DNA of 64,000 bases, taken from Hormiphora californensis. Its lineage: Eukaryota; Animalia; Ctenophora. Of this stretch, positions 17,111 through 29,788 are shown in pieces. The stretch covers positions 3,906,001 through 3,970,000 of the forward strand of contig CM035350.1 in NCBI GenBank assembly GCA_020137815.1, read 5' to 3'. A program made the position numbers and the translations under genes. The notes under the pieces are model-generated. The model ran no database searches. It was not told the origin of the DNA and saw only the letters and a program-made list of their open reading frames with translations. Each line of letters opens with the position of its first letter. Within the stretch, counting starts at the first letter, position 1.

Positions 17111-18295
17111 GGCAGGTGAGTAGAACTTCGCTCCTAATAAAAGGCTGCAATAAAAGGCTGCAATAAAAGGCTGCAGAAAAAGGCTGCAATAAAAGGCTGC
17201 AATAAAAGGCTGCAGAAAAAGGCTGCAATAAAAGGCTGCAATAAAAGGCTGCAATAAAAGGCTGCAAGGGATCACGTATCCAACCAGACTAAAGCGGGGG
17301 ATAGACCGAATCGTCCTCCCCTAATAGTGTTTCGTATCACGTATCGGCTGTAGTGAGACCGAATAACCCTCCCCTAATTATAGTGATTCGTGTCACGTAT
17401 CCAACTAGACCATAGGCAATAGAGAGAGACCGAGATAGAGAGCGAGTACGAGTGAGAACTGAGAGTGTGAAAAATCAGAATCGCGGTATGGTATCACGTA
17501 CCATGGTATCCTCTAATGAAAAGCGGTTACCAATTGACAATGAGACCTCATCGGTCCCGATACGTGATTCTCTACCGCTATGTATTCTCCATTAGTCTTT
17601 CCGTATCGATCCACGATTCAGTAGAGGTAGTCAGTAACTACTGAGAGTGTTGGTCTAATGAGGTAGGGTAGATCTATTGATTGAGCGTGTAGCACAATCA
17701 CAGGTGAACCACCCAACCACTTGGTTCACCTATCATAGTATTATGTGTGATTCCGCTCTACTGAATTGTGTACATAAAGACTATTGGCGAATAACGGTAG
17801 AAAATCAGTAATCACGTATTGGCACCGATTAGGTCAAATTATAGGTAACCGCCTTTCATTTAATTAATTAGAGGATATCATGAAACGTGATACAATACTT
17901 GATTAGTCGTCCATGATTCGGATCTCTCACTCTCACCTCTCTAACTCTCTATCTCCGTCTATCTACCGCCTATGGTTTAGTTGGATACCAGGCACGAATC
18001 ACTATAATTAGGGGCGGGTGATTCGGTCTCTCTACCGCTTATGGTAGAAACCGATACGTGAAACAAAACACTATTAGGGGAGGACGATTCGGTCTATCTC
18101 CTGCTTTAGTGCTTTAGTCCAGTTGGATATGTGATCCATTGCAGCCTTTTATTGCAGCCTTTTATTGCAGCCTTTTATTGCAGCCTTTTTCTGCAGCCTT
18201 TTTCTGCAGCCTTTTTCTGCAGCCTTTTATTGCAGCCTTTTTCTGCAGCCTTTTATTGCAGCCTTTTATTAGGAGCGAAGTTCTACTCACCTGCC
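17111..18295. mobile_element. ~1.2-kb foldback/MITE with (AATAAAAGGCTGC)n arrays in both arms and an 8-bp TSD (Merlin-like by GG ends and TSD length)
   Basis: GGCAGGTGAGTAGAACTTCGCTCCTAAT pairs with ATTAGGAGCGAAGTTCTACTCACCTGCC; TSD GTTTGGGG at 17103-17110 and 18296-18303. Confidence 0.85.
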
Positions 18296-18550
18296 GTTTG
18301 GGGTTACCGATACATTTTGTCAGACATCTGTTCGCGGGTCACACCTGACCACCGATATTCATATTTGTTCGTACTGTGGATACAAGTTTTTAGTTTTGTG
18401 ACGTTTGAAAAAAGTTTCGTTAAAGAATAACATGGTTCATTCCTTCCTCTACTCCCTTCCTCTACCTATCACTATGTACTTTGTTGCTCGACCCTGTTTA
18501 CAATTGTAAATGAGGGTTAAAACATAACAAGTAGATTGTGCAGTATAGAT

Positions 18551-19674
18551 ATGTTACTGCGGTGGTACCTCCGGCAGCTCCAACAGAGACCCCTTCTTAC
18601 TGGGATGGCAACCACTGGTACACTAATGTGTTGCGGGGACGTCATTGCTCAACAGGTATACATCCACGAGTGACGTCATTGCTCAACAGGTGACGTCATT
18701 ACACAGCACCCAGCAGGTTATTACATCTCACATGCAGGTTGTCACGCCGCCCCTCCCCATTGTCACTTGTCACACTTGTCACTGCACTGGGTACTGAATG
18801 GTATCTGACATGTAAGAGATGGAACTTTTCCAAAGTTCATCTCTATCTTTCAGGAACCGACCGATAACCAGTCACGTGACCTAAATAACGAATTCTGATT
18901 GGTCGTTTACTTGTTTCGGTCGGTTCATCTCTATCTTTGTAACAATCCCCCTGTGTAGGCGATAGAGAAGAAGAGGGGACAACATGACATTGTTAGGACG
19001 GCCAGAATGACTGCCCTGGGAGTGTTTCTTGTTGGACCTGTCATTAGAACCTGGTACCTGACTCTCGACAAGGTACGGGTAACTCTTTCTTATATTTCTC
19101 AGGTCATTCTTGTTTTTTAATCGAAACTGTATCTTTCTCAATACTCCCTACTCTGACTCATTGTGCATTAAACTCTCACCCAGGTGTTTGGTAGTACGAT
19201 GGTGTGGTCTACAACTCTAAAGAAGCTAGCTCTAGATCAACTCCTATTTGCACCAAGTTTTGTTGGGGTATTCATCATCACCAATAATGCCCTTCAAAGC
19301 CTTCCTTTCAGTGAAACACGCAACTTTTTAAGGTACACATAATGATTATGGAAGCTGTGGTTTGGCTAGTTTTCGATACTCGTTTTGTAAAAAGTTTTGG
19401 TGGTTACTAAACACTAATTCCTAGATCTCTGTAGTAGTAACCTTAGTCACCATCTCTCTACTTCAGATCAGACTACGCTAATATTGTGATAGCAAACTGG
19501 TCCCTGTGGGTTCCCGCACAGCTACTGAACTTTTCCGTAATTCCTCTTCAGCACAGAGTACTGTTTTCCAATTGTGTGTCCCTCATGTGGAACACTTATC
19601 TTGCTAATAAAGCACATGACACATCTCATATAGACAATAATGACACTGCTGTGAAATTAGACAATGTTAATTGA
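18551..19674 (+). CDS. MPV17: MPV17/PMP22 family membrane protein, multi-exon
   Basis: MLLRWYLRQLQQRPLLT..GDVIAQQ; TLKKLALDQLLFAP; ANWSLWVPAQLLNFSVIPLQHRVLFSNCVSLMWNTYL. Confidence 0.85.
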
Positions 19675-19967
19675 TGCATGTCTCTTTTTTATCCATTTTT
19701 ATGTGTAAATGTTGAATTGTCTTTTGATGATTTTTAGACACCGTCTATATATTTTCTTGAAGCTATGATGACACTATCAATCCTCTTTGAATTAGTACCA
19801 TGGCAACAAAAATGATGAGCATATGCCCATATATGGATGTGGCTGAGGAATTTCCTAATACGGTGGTGCTGAGAGCTCGACGAATTCCTCTCGGAAGGTG
19901 TGGACAGGACTTGTCAGGTTAGTGTGCTTTCTCTCGCGTCCTTACAACTCTCCCGTTTCCTTTTTGT

Positions 19968-20065
<98 letters not shown>

Positions 20066-20454
20066 TCTCTATCTCTCTATCTCTCTACCTCCCAGCCAGG
20101 CTTTTCTCTATCATCAGGATATATTCTCTGAGCTTTGTGGAGCGTGTTTGTTGAACGTGTAATGTGTAAGGCAGCTGCAGTAGTTGACCAATAAAACTAG
20201 GCAAGTGGCAACCCTAATAAAAAACGTGCCCAGTCGACAGGATATTTCTTCCATCCCATTGGAAAAAGAAACATGGAGACAGCAAGAGAGTCTCTTCAAT
20301 ATCTCATTTGTCCAGTTTTCCTTTCTCTTTCCATCTCCCCCGTTGTCCGATATCCAGTCGTATAGCGCCAGTTGTACAAGCAGTCAGCAGCCACAACTCC
20401 ACAGTGCGCTACATACTGCAGTACAGCTATACCAGACCTACACGCTATTATGGT

Positions 20455-20512
<58 letters not shown>

Positions 20513-20989
20513 AAGCCTCCTTTCTGTAGCCTCTCTTTCCCTTTCTCTCTCAATTGAATTCTCTGTTTCCGCTCCTGCTGCAGTCCAAGGGAATGCAGGC
20601 AGTGGTTTAGCAGCCAGCCAATCAGATAGCCCCATTTTATCACGTGACTCTCTGAAGCCATACTGGTTCCGGACAAAAAACTGCTTTTCCTCTCCCCGAC
20701 TTTGCTGCCTCTGTTTACACGTACATTGGTATAATAGACGTGCTAAGTGCCTGACCTGTTTTCCAGCTTGTTTTAGTCTTGAGCAATTGTCAAATTGATC
20801 AATGATCAGAATCATCCATTTGATAATGACAATCTCACTATCTGATTAATTAAATACAGCTCTTGTGGCTATAATTATATCTAACACTCCCAATTTTTTC
20901 TTCCTAAGACTCTCCCAATCCTATTCTATAAACTAAGAACCAAGATAAATAACTTCCCCGATTTATGCACCCAAACACCACCTCCCCCA

Positions 20990-21410
20990 TTATATAGCAC
21001 CCCCTCACTCCCTTCCCCATTATAGCTCCCCTAACACACCTCCCAATCCCTAATCCCCATAGTCCCTAACACCCCTCCCTTCCCCCCCTATTAAAATCCC
21101 CCCCCCCTAACACCCCTCCCTTCCCCACTATAGCACCCCTAACACCCCTCCCCCTTCCCCCCTTATATCACCCCCACCCCCTCCCCCTTTCCCCCACTTA
21201 TCCCCCCAAACACCCTCCCCCTTCCCCCCATATCCCCCCAAAAACCCCCCCCCCTCCCCTTTTAAACCCCCCTAACACCTCTCCCTTTCCCCCTTAATTT
21301 TCACCCCTAAAAACCCCCCCCTTCCCCCCTTATAGCCCCCTAAAAAAACCCCCTTCCTACCCCCCTTATAGCACCCCTAAAACCCCCTTTTCCCCCATTT
21401 GTACACCCCC
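20990..21410 (+). repeat. Degenerate ~33-bp tandem repeat (TATAGCACCCCTAACACCCCTCCCCTTCCCCAC) upstream of the first gelsolin coding exon
   Basis: Unit is recognisable about 10 or more times and degrades into low-quality sequence. Confidence 0.65.
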
Positions 21411-21422
21411 CTCCCCCCGGGG

Positions 21423-24400
21423 ATGGGCCCCTTTAAATCGGGAAAGGGTTTAAACCCCAAAGGGGTATGACTGGAAGGGTTCCAAAATGGGGCCCCCTTT
21501 GGGGCTGGGCACGACCCCGGGGATTTTAAAAAAGAACTGCCTCCCGGAACCTGCCTGGAAAAGCACTGACCCCCCCGCTGAGGGGGTGAAGGGTCCCAGG
21601 ATTTTTAAAATTCCAGGTGGGTTTTTTTTTTTTTTTGATTGCCCCCCCCCCATTTTTTTTTTTTCCCCCCCCCCCCTTTTTCCCTTCTCCCCTCCCCCTC
21701 TCCCCCTCCCCTCCCCCCCTCATCTCCCCCGGCCCCTATTTTTCCCCCCCCTCTCCCCCCCTCCCCCCTCATTCCTTCGTTTTTTCCCCTTTCCCCCCCT
21801 CTTCCCCCCCTCTTCCTCTTCCATTTTTTTCCCCCTCCCCCCCCGGTTCCCCCTTTTTCTTCCCCCCCTCTTTTTTCTCTTTCCCCCTTTCCTCTCTTCT
21901 TTTGTTTTTTTCTCCCCCTCTTTTTCCCCTTCCCCCTTTCCCCCCTCCCTCCCCCCCCCTCCCCTTCCCCTCTCTTCCCCCTCCTTTTTTTCCACCCCCC
22001 CCCCCCCCCCCTCCCCCCCCCCTCATTCGGTCCCCCATCCCCCTCTTTTTCTCTCCCCCCCTCTTTGGTTCCCATTCCCCTCCCTTTTCCCCCCTCCCCT
22101 CCCCCACCTTCCCCTCCCCCAATTTTTTTTTCCCCTCCCCCCCCTCTTCCCCCCCTTCCCCCTCCCCCTTCTTCCCCTCTCCCCCCTCTCCTTTTCCCCC
22201 TCTCCCCTTTCCCCCCCCCATTTTCCCCCCCTCCCCCTCTCATTTTTTCCCTCCTCTTTTCCTCCCTCCTCCTTTTTTCTCTCCCCCCCCCCCCATTTTT
22301 TTCTCCTTTCTCCTTTTTTCCTCTTTTTTTCCTCCCCCTTTTTTTCTCTTTTCGCCCCCCCCCTCTCTTCCCCTCTCCCCCTCTCCCCCTCCTTCCTCGC
22401 CCGGTTACTGACTGGCCCTTTTGAGGAAAAAGGGAAATTTTCCTTAAATCTGGGGACAGGTTTTCTCATTCTTAACACGTGGAAGGAAGAGGAAGAGTTC
22501 AAATACGATCTTCATTTCTGGATCGGTAATAATAAACGGGTCGTGGTTCGGGGGCAGGGTTGAAATTTTGTTGATTTTTGTTAGAACGGTGACAGGAAAG
22601 CACTCCAGCCACCCTGTTACACCCCTCCCCCCTCACCAGCCACCTAACGTCCCCTGTTACACCCCCACCCCCCACTCAGGAAAGCACTCCAGCCATCTAA
22701 CATATCCCCTGTTACACCCCCTCCCACCCCCTCACAAGCCACCATATTACACCCTCCCCCTCCCTCACTCAGGAAAGCACTCCAGCCACATTGTTAACAC
22801 CCCCCCCCCCTCCCCCTCAGGAAAGCACTCCAGCCAGGATGAATATGGAACAGCTGCCTACAAGACTGTCGAGCTGGACACCTACCTTAACGATAAGCCC
22901 ATCCAGCACAGGTATTGTAGTACTCAGTTACAGTCGTCCCCCGTCATAGCTCTGTTCAAGACTGTTTAGTGTTTAGTGTTTATAGCCTGTACATTACAGG
23001 GTGTTCTAGAATTTCCGGCCCACCTCCGAACATCTCCCGTTTCTAACGCCCCCACCCTCTCTCAGGGAAGTCCAGGGTTACGAGTCGGATATGTTCAGGG
23101 GATACTTCCCTAACGGTATCACCCTGATGGAGGGTGGAGCGGACACCGGTTTCAGACATGTCCCTCCTGAGTGCTACGAGCCCAGACTTCTCCAGTTGGT
23201 TGGGGGACGAAATGATGTGGTGGTAAGTGTGCAGTACTGTCTAGTTCACCGTAGTAATGTTCTGCTATAATAGCTGCTATAATAGCTGCTGGTATATAGA
23301 CTGCTATAATAGCTTGCACAGAAGAATTTGAAGAAGAAATTGCTCGTTTACTCATTTTACAAGCCAGCCCCTAATTGTCTAATTAATCAATATCAACTAT
23401 GTAATTACAGATGAAGGAGGTTGGTATGTGGAAGGAGAGAGTTAACTCCGATGATGTCTTTGTGCTGGATGCTGGACTCCGAATCCTACAGTTCAACGGA
23501 AAGAATGCCAATAAGGACGAGCAGATGAAGGCTGCCCAGTTCTGCCACAAGCTGAAGAGTGACCGACCCAAGGCCAAGCTGGAAGTTAGTGATGAGGAGA
23601 CCGATGGAACCAGGTTGATCATGAAGGGTCTCAGGGATGGAGGTCCCCCCAAGGAGGAAAATGTGGTAAGTGCAGGTGAACATGTGGTTGTCCGCTCTAC
23701 ATCTTGTTAACTCCACTACACCCAACGTATATCATTACAACTAATATGTTAACTATTTTCCAATTAATTATCCATCCCCCTAATTTTAGAAATACGAGGC
23801 TAAACCTGAGGACAGAACTCTTCTCCGACTAACTGAGAAGAGCGATAAGACCTTTGATTTCACAGAGGTCGGAAAGGGTGCTGATAATCTGGCTGGAACT
23901 GTTCTCGATCAGGGAGATGTCTACATCATTGATACTGGTAAGAGATGAGAGAGGGGTAGGGGAAGGGAAAGGGGTGGGGGAGAGGGTGGGGGAGGAGAGA
24001 AAAAGATGGAAAGAGAGTTGGGGAGGAGATATCACGTTATAGAACACTAAATTAGCTATTTCATCCCATTTTGCTGTTCAAAGAGCTAATCTACTGCCAT
24101 TTGCCCGAAATTAAAAGTGAATTACGTTATATTCCCGTTCTTGGCAGACAGCTAAGTGCTACTTCTCCAGCAAATTGAAGCACTTAGTCAAGTTCCAGGG
24201 TGGTAAAAAGGCATTTCTTTGATCGGAGATCTACTTACTTAAGGGACTGCAACCCTCCCATCTTTCATATCTCTTTCATATCTTTTTCATATCCCACTCT
24301 TACCATGAACATGTCGGAGTTCCAGCACATCGCAGCATCTCTACCCGAGCGTGTCGTTATGGCAACGTGGATGATTTCCATCTCCATCTTCTCTCTCCTT

Positions 24401-25670
24401 GGCAACACTTTCGTTCTCTACTCGTCCTTCAGGCACAAAGCCATCAAGTTAGATCCAGTCTCTGTAGCCCTGATCCGCAATATAGCCATTATAGACCTGG
24501 GCTTTGTGTTGCCCATCGCCGCCAATGCCACCTCAGTCATTGCTAACCGGTGGATTTTGGGCCAGGGTGTCTGTGATGTCATCAACTATCTCACCCTGTA
24601 TCTCGGAGTCACCGAGATATTTTCCATTTGTGCCCTGAACATCTCCAAAATAACGACCCTCCTGGCACCCCTGAAGGCACTGTTGAGGACCCCGGCAGCG
24701 GGTGTCCGTATCGCGTCCGTCATGTGGGTTATACCCCTGTTTCAAGTCATCCCGGCACGGGTCTTCGGGAATAGAGTCCAGGTGTTTAGTCTCAGTTACT
24801 ACCGGACCGAGGGGTATTACCTGGACGAACGGCTCAATCTCATTTTCCCACGGTTATTCGGGTCGGTGTTCGTCTTTGCTCCCGTTCTCCTGGTTCTCGC
24901 TGGAGTGGCTATTCTCCTGGGATACCTGGTGAAGAATCGCAACTGTGATGATAAAGAAACAAGGTATCGTGGTGCTTGATCATCGTATCAACCACCTATT
25001 TCTTCTCTTTCCTCCCCTACGGAACATTCCATGTTGGCAAAAAGGCCTTCTCCCAGATAAGATGGATGGCAGTTTACTTCTACCGATTCGCCTTGTGCCG
25101 CTCTTTATATCAGCTTTACCAGTAATCCCTATAATCTACTTCTTTTCCTTGCACAGCTTTAGGCGCTTCACCATTTCATGGTTTAAGGGCGGGAACAGGA
25201 AGAACAAGGGCCAGTCAGAGCTGGCGACTTCCTCTCGGTATCTCACCAGCCGGTCTCAGATTTGGAGGGAAGGGGGGAGCTAAACTGAGGGGGATCAACA
25301 CCAGGACAGATCCGGTTGGGACAAGGCGGAATTGTGGAACTTAGTGCTTTAGTTTTACCGGTAATTTGATGGGGGTTTGGCCTGGGTGGGAAAGGGTACG
25401 GTAATTATTAATATTACATTTAACCAATTTCTTATTTTAACCCCTTTCTTTCGAGGTATCTTCCCTCTAAAACGAACCAATTAACAGCCAATTAACACTA
25501 TCTCTTTGCAGGTGCCCATTGTTACGTGTGGGTTGGTCTCAACGCTAGCGAGGGAGAGAAGAAGAACGGATTTGCCTATGCCAGCACCTACCTGGCAAAC
25601 AGCAAGAACCCATTGGGGCCCCATCTCGGGTTTGGGAAGGAGAACGATAGGGAGACAAAGGGAAGGATCC
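21423..25670 (+). CDS. Gelsolin/severin-like actin-severing protein (3-domain type); both ends garbled
   Basis: YDWK..[80 protein letters not shown]. Confidence 0.88.
24305..25283 (+). CDS. Intronless rhodopsin-class GPCR nested in the last gelsolin intron (frameshifted near the 3' end)
   Basis: TM1 SLLGNTFVLY, TM2 NIAIIDL, WILGQGVC loop, further hydrophobic helices, PIIYFFSL..FRRF TM7/helix 8. Confidence 0.8.
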
Positions 25671-28669
25671 TTTTGGACAAAAAAAATAGAGGGGAGAAAA
25701 AGAGGAGGGGAAGGGCCTTTTTTGGTGTTTAAAAATTTGGGAAATTTTTTTGTGGTTTGGTTTGGGTGGGAAAAAGAAAAAGGGGCGGGTTTCAAAATTT
25801 TTTTTAAGGAAAAAAGGAAATTTTTAAAAAAAAAATTTGGGGGGGGGGGGGGGGAATAAACAAAGGGAAATTGGCTATTTTATTTACCCCTTTTTCCATT
25901 TGGGGTGTTTTTTTTTATCCCAAAAATTTAAAAACAAAAGGGGTTGGGGGGAAAAAAATTTCCTTTTCCAAAAAACCCCCGGTGAACCCAAGGGGAAGTC
26001 TTTTCCAGTTGGTTTGGGGGGGGGGGGGGGTCCCAAAATCCCCAAAATAAAAAAAGAGGGGAAAAAATTTTTAAGGAACCTTCCCCCCTTAAAAAAAAAT
26101 TTAGGAAAAACCCCCCGGAATAGGAAAACGGGGGTTTCAAACGGGGGGGGCCAAACCAAAACGGACAAAAAAGAGTTTGAACCCCCTAAAAAAGGGGGTA
26201 AACAAACAAAGATCCAAAAAGGGAGAAAAACCCCCCGGGGGAGCATGAGAAACCCGAAAAGAGGGGGAGAGAGGAGGGGGGAGGAGGGAGGGGAGAAAGG
26301 AGGGAGAGGGAAAAAAAGAGAGGAAGAGGGGAGAGGAGAGAGAGAAGGAAGGGGCAGGGGGAGAGAGGGGGAAAAGAGAGAGGGAGGAGAGAAAAAAAGG
26401 GGAGAGAGAGAGAGAGCAAAGAGAGAGAGAGAGGGAGGTTTAATTTGGGAAAAAGGGGTTTAACCCCTTGCAGTTGTTCGGGTCCCCTTGGTGGTCCCTG
26501 GAACCAAAAAATTTCAGTGGCTGGAAAGCCCATTTCTTTTCTTTTAAATTCCTTTTTCTCTCTCTCTATCTTCTCTTTTCTTCTCCTCTCTTTTATCTAA
26601 AAGGTCTCTTTTTCCCCCCCACTGAATCTAATGGACTATCACTCGGACTGTCACGTCTCATATAAAAGGCTCTCCGTCAGATCAACTCTCAGATTTGTCA
26701 TGACCGGACATATTGAGTTGTTTTTTTTCCACGTCCCCCCTTCGTTGAAAACCCCTTCGAGAAGAACTAAACAAATTTGGAGTTGGTGGCATGGCCATTG
26801 GCCATGCAGGAGGGTTTTTGACGGGCTGGAAACCCCCTTTGGGTAGGGACCCACGGGGGCCGGCCCCCCATACCTTTTGGGACCAATCCAACGGCAAAAT
26901 TAGCCAAACTTTCCGGGAAATTTTGGGGGTTTAGGCCCCCAGTTTGGGGTCTTTTCGGTTTGGGGAAAACCCCTTTCTTTTAAATTTTTTAAAACCGGTA
27001 AATTTCCCAAACCCCCTGTCAATTTTCATTTGAGTAGGGGGGAAAAAGCCTTCATGCCCCAGACCGGGTTGGGCCAAACCGGGAAGTTTTTTGCCCAAAA
27101 AAAATTTTCATCCCTTTAAAATTGGGGTTCCCTAAGGGGTCCCAAATTCCACCCTTCCCCATCCCAAGGGCCCCCCGGGGAATTCTAAAAAAGGGGGCGA
27201 CCCCTTTTGCAGAGGACATAGGAGGAGCCCGCCACCCCAAAACCCCCCGAAAAGAAAAAACAGTGGGGGGAGGCCCAGGCTGGGGAAGGGGGGAGGGCGA
27301 AAAGGAGAAAGGAGTTTTGATATTTTGGGAAGAAAACGAAAGTTTTTTATTTTCTTTTACGGAAGGGGTTAGTTTTCATTTTTTTTTCGGTGGCGGGGAA
27401 TGACCCTTTTTTTTTTCTCTTCTACCTTATTGGCTCCCCCCAAAAAGACAAAAAACCTCCCCAAACCCCCCCCAAAAAAAAATTTGGTTTTTTGGATTGT
27501 CAAAAAGGGGTTTCCAGCCCACCAAAATTTTAAAAAACCCAAAATGGGGGGTTTTTTGCCAGGCACCGGGGAAAACCCCCCCCCGAAAAATTTCAAAGGG
27601 CCAAAATGGCGCCCAAACCGTATGTTTTTAAAATTAGGGCATTACCAACAAGGGGGGGCCCCGGGGAGTTGGCAATTTAAAAGGCCCCAATTTCCCCCAA
27701 TTTCCGGGGAATTTTAGGGGTTTCGGGGGTTTTTTCAGGGGGGGAAGGGGGTTTTTCTAATTTTTCCCTTTTTTAAAATTCTTTTTGAGAAAGTGAACCA
27801 AAAAGAGGGGGAAGGAGGGGGAAAAACCCAGGAAAAAAGGGGAGAAAAAGGGAAAATGGAAAAGGGGGAAGAAGAGAGGAAAAAGGGGAAAAAGGGGAGG
27901 GAGGGGTAAAAAGGGGGCGGGATATCTTTTCAATTTCATGGCGACTGGCAGACTGCTTCACATGAGACGTTCTTTTTCCCAAACCCCCCCCCCTTTTGCC
28001 GAATTCAGATATAAGAGATAAAAAATAATGAAGAGAGAGAGAGAGAGGAAGAGAAGAGAAGAGGGGGGGGGAGAGGAGAGGAAAAAAAGAGAGAGATATG
28101 AGATACAGTTGCAGTCTATGGTTCTGGAGACATCGTAAAACTGAAACGCAAAATCTAACGGGGGTGTAAGTAAAATCGTTTAATATAAACGACAGTCGAC
28201 AGAACACGACGCTCACAACAACAAAAAATAAAAACATTACTTTAAATTTAATCTTAAAAACTCATTTTAAAATATTTACGGTTTTACCGCTCTTTTTTTA
28301 AACCCAAAAACGACGTGAAAAAACCAAAATAAATTTGTTTTAAGAAAATCGAACAAACTTACATATTTTAATCAATTACTCTTTTCTTTTTAATTTTAAA
28401 TCGCCCCCCAAAAACTCTTTTATTTTAACAAAATTTTTCAAAATGGTTAAACAGTCCACACCCCCCAAAAAAAACAAAAATTCTTTTTTTTATTTCCACC
28501 ACCACTTCTCCAAAGTTTACCAAAACAAAGCGCCACTGTAGGGGAATATCGCATATCGCATCACGTTGCCGGGGCACTCGCTTTTCCGTTCCAACAAAAC
28601 GCTTTCACTTTTGGGGGGGAAATTGAATCACGTTGCTAGGGGCATATAGCATCACAGATCAAGATGTCA

Positions 28670-29788
28670 TCAGGAGATGGTGTCAGTGGGTAGCTGGTTT
28701 CTGGTTGTGTTCGTTACGGGTCTGAAAGATCGCTCCCCAACACTTGTGCTATCGGGACTTTTCCTGAAAATTGACATTTTAGTGGTTATCCAGTTGCAAA
28801 ATTAATCCACTTTATTGAATCCGTCCGGTGGCTATCGCCCTCCCCCTGCTTGATACCCCACCTCCCACTGTTAGATACCCCACCCAATCTGCCCTCCAAG
28901 TTACCTTTGATAATCAGGGCTGCGGTTTCCACTGGATTCGATGATCGCCTGGATAGAGAAGCTCAACTTGGGCTTGGAAACAATCGGCGTGACAGGTAGG
29001 GGGAAGATAGGAGGTCGGATCAGTTGTGATACCTGAATAGAGGATATGAAATTATAGTTTCATTTACAAGAAAGGTTTCTAAACACCGCCGTTCCAGGCC
29101 CTAACTACATTTACACCACACCAGTCTCCAGTTAATTTCTCACCGTATCCTGTTGTTGCGATAACAGTTGCTTGAGAACCAGGTCCCTCTGCTGGCCGAG
29201 GAAGCTGGCAGCTGTGACAGGAGTGGGCTTTGTCGTAGCTGGTAGTGACGTTGCGGCTGCCGCTGCGGCCAGGGCAGCACTATATGGACTCGTCTCCTCC
29301 TGTTATGAGAGAGAGTGTGAGAAAGTGCTGCGGTTAAATCAGAGGGAGGTGGAGAGAGAGAAAGGAGTTGCGTGGGGAAAGAATGAGAGTGAAAGCGAGA
29401 CAGAGCAATTCGCATGCACAAAACTGAAAGTTCAGACAGGGGCTCAAGAATGGAAAGAGAGAGAGATGAGAAAATGCCACAGTTTGTAGCAATTCATTCG
29501 CATGATTTAATATGCACACACACACAAAGAAAGATTATATATTTTCACAACACACACCTGAGCCCGTCTTAGCGCCAGGGCATTCTCTATAGCCATAATC
29601 TTATTCTCTCCATAGGTCTGGGCTATCATCTGGAGGCGATGTTGGGGCAGCTCGGGGAACAACTGTATTAGAAGGTCGATTGTGGTACGTTGGGCTGGCC
29701 TCGTCCCCAGGGTAACGGCAGATGCTGCTGGGAACTTGGACTGGTGGTGGTTGTGGTAGGAGGCGAGGGAGAACAGACTCGGTGCTGC
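28670..29788 (-). CDS. Dmrt-like protein 3' exons with a DMA domain and an eh1 motif; 5' exons uncertain (up to ~30860)
   Basis: Exon 29558-29788 encodes RTTIDLLIQLFPELPQHRLQMIAQTYGENKIMAIENAL (DMA/CUE-like). Later exons carry a poly-Ala run and KLSFSIQAII. Canonical splice sites; stop at 28670. Confidence 0.65.

Noticed and set aside
17042-18430. LLQPFIAAFYCS repeat ORFs
   Set aside because: Translations of the 13-bp transposon subterminal repeat.
21450-22420. Long Pro/Phe- and Gly/Lys-rich ORFs
   Set aside because: Homopolymer-inflated low-quality sequence overlying gelsolin exons and a (CT)n intron; not real proteins.
25620-28500. Many low-complexity ORFs and G/C/A/T runs (also 29800-30500)
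   Set aside because: Pattern of unpolished, error-rich consensus; no recognisable domains.
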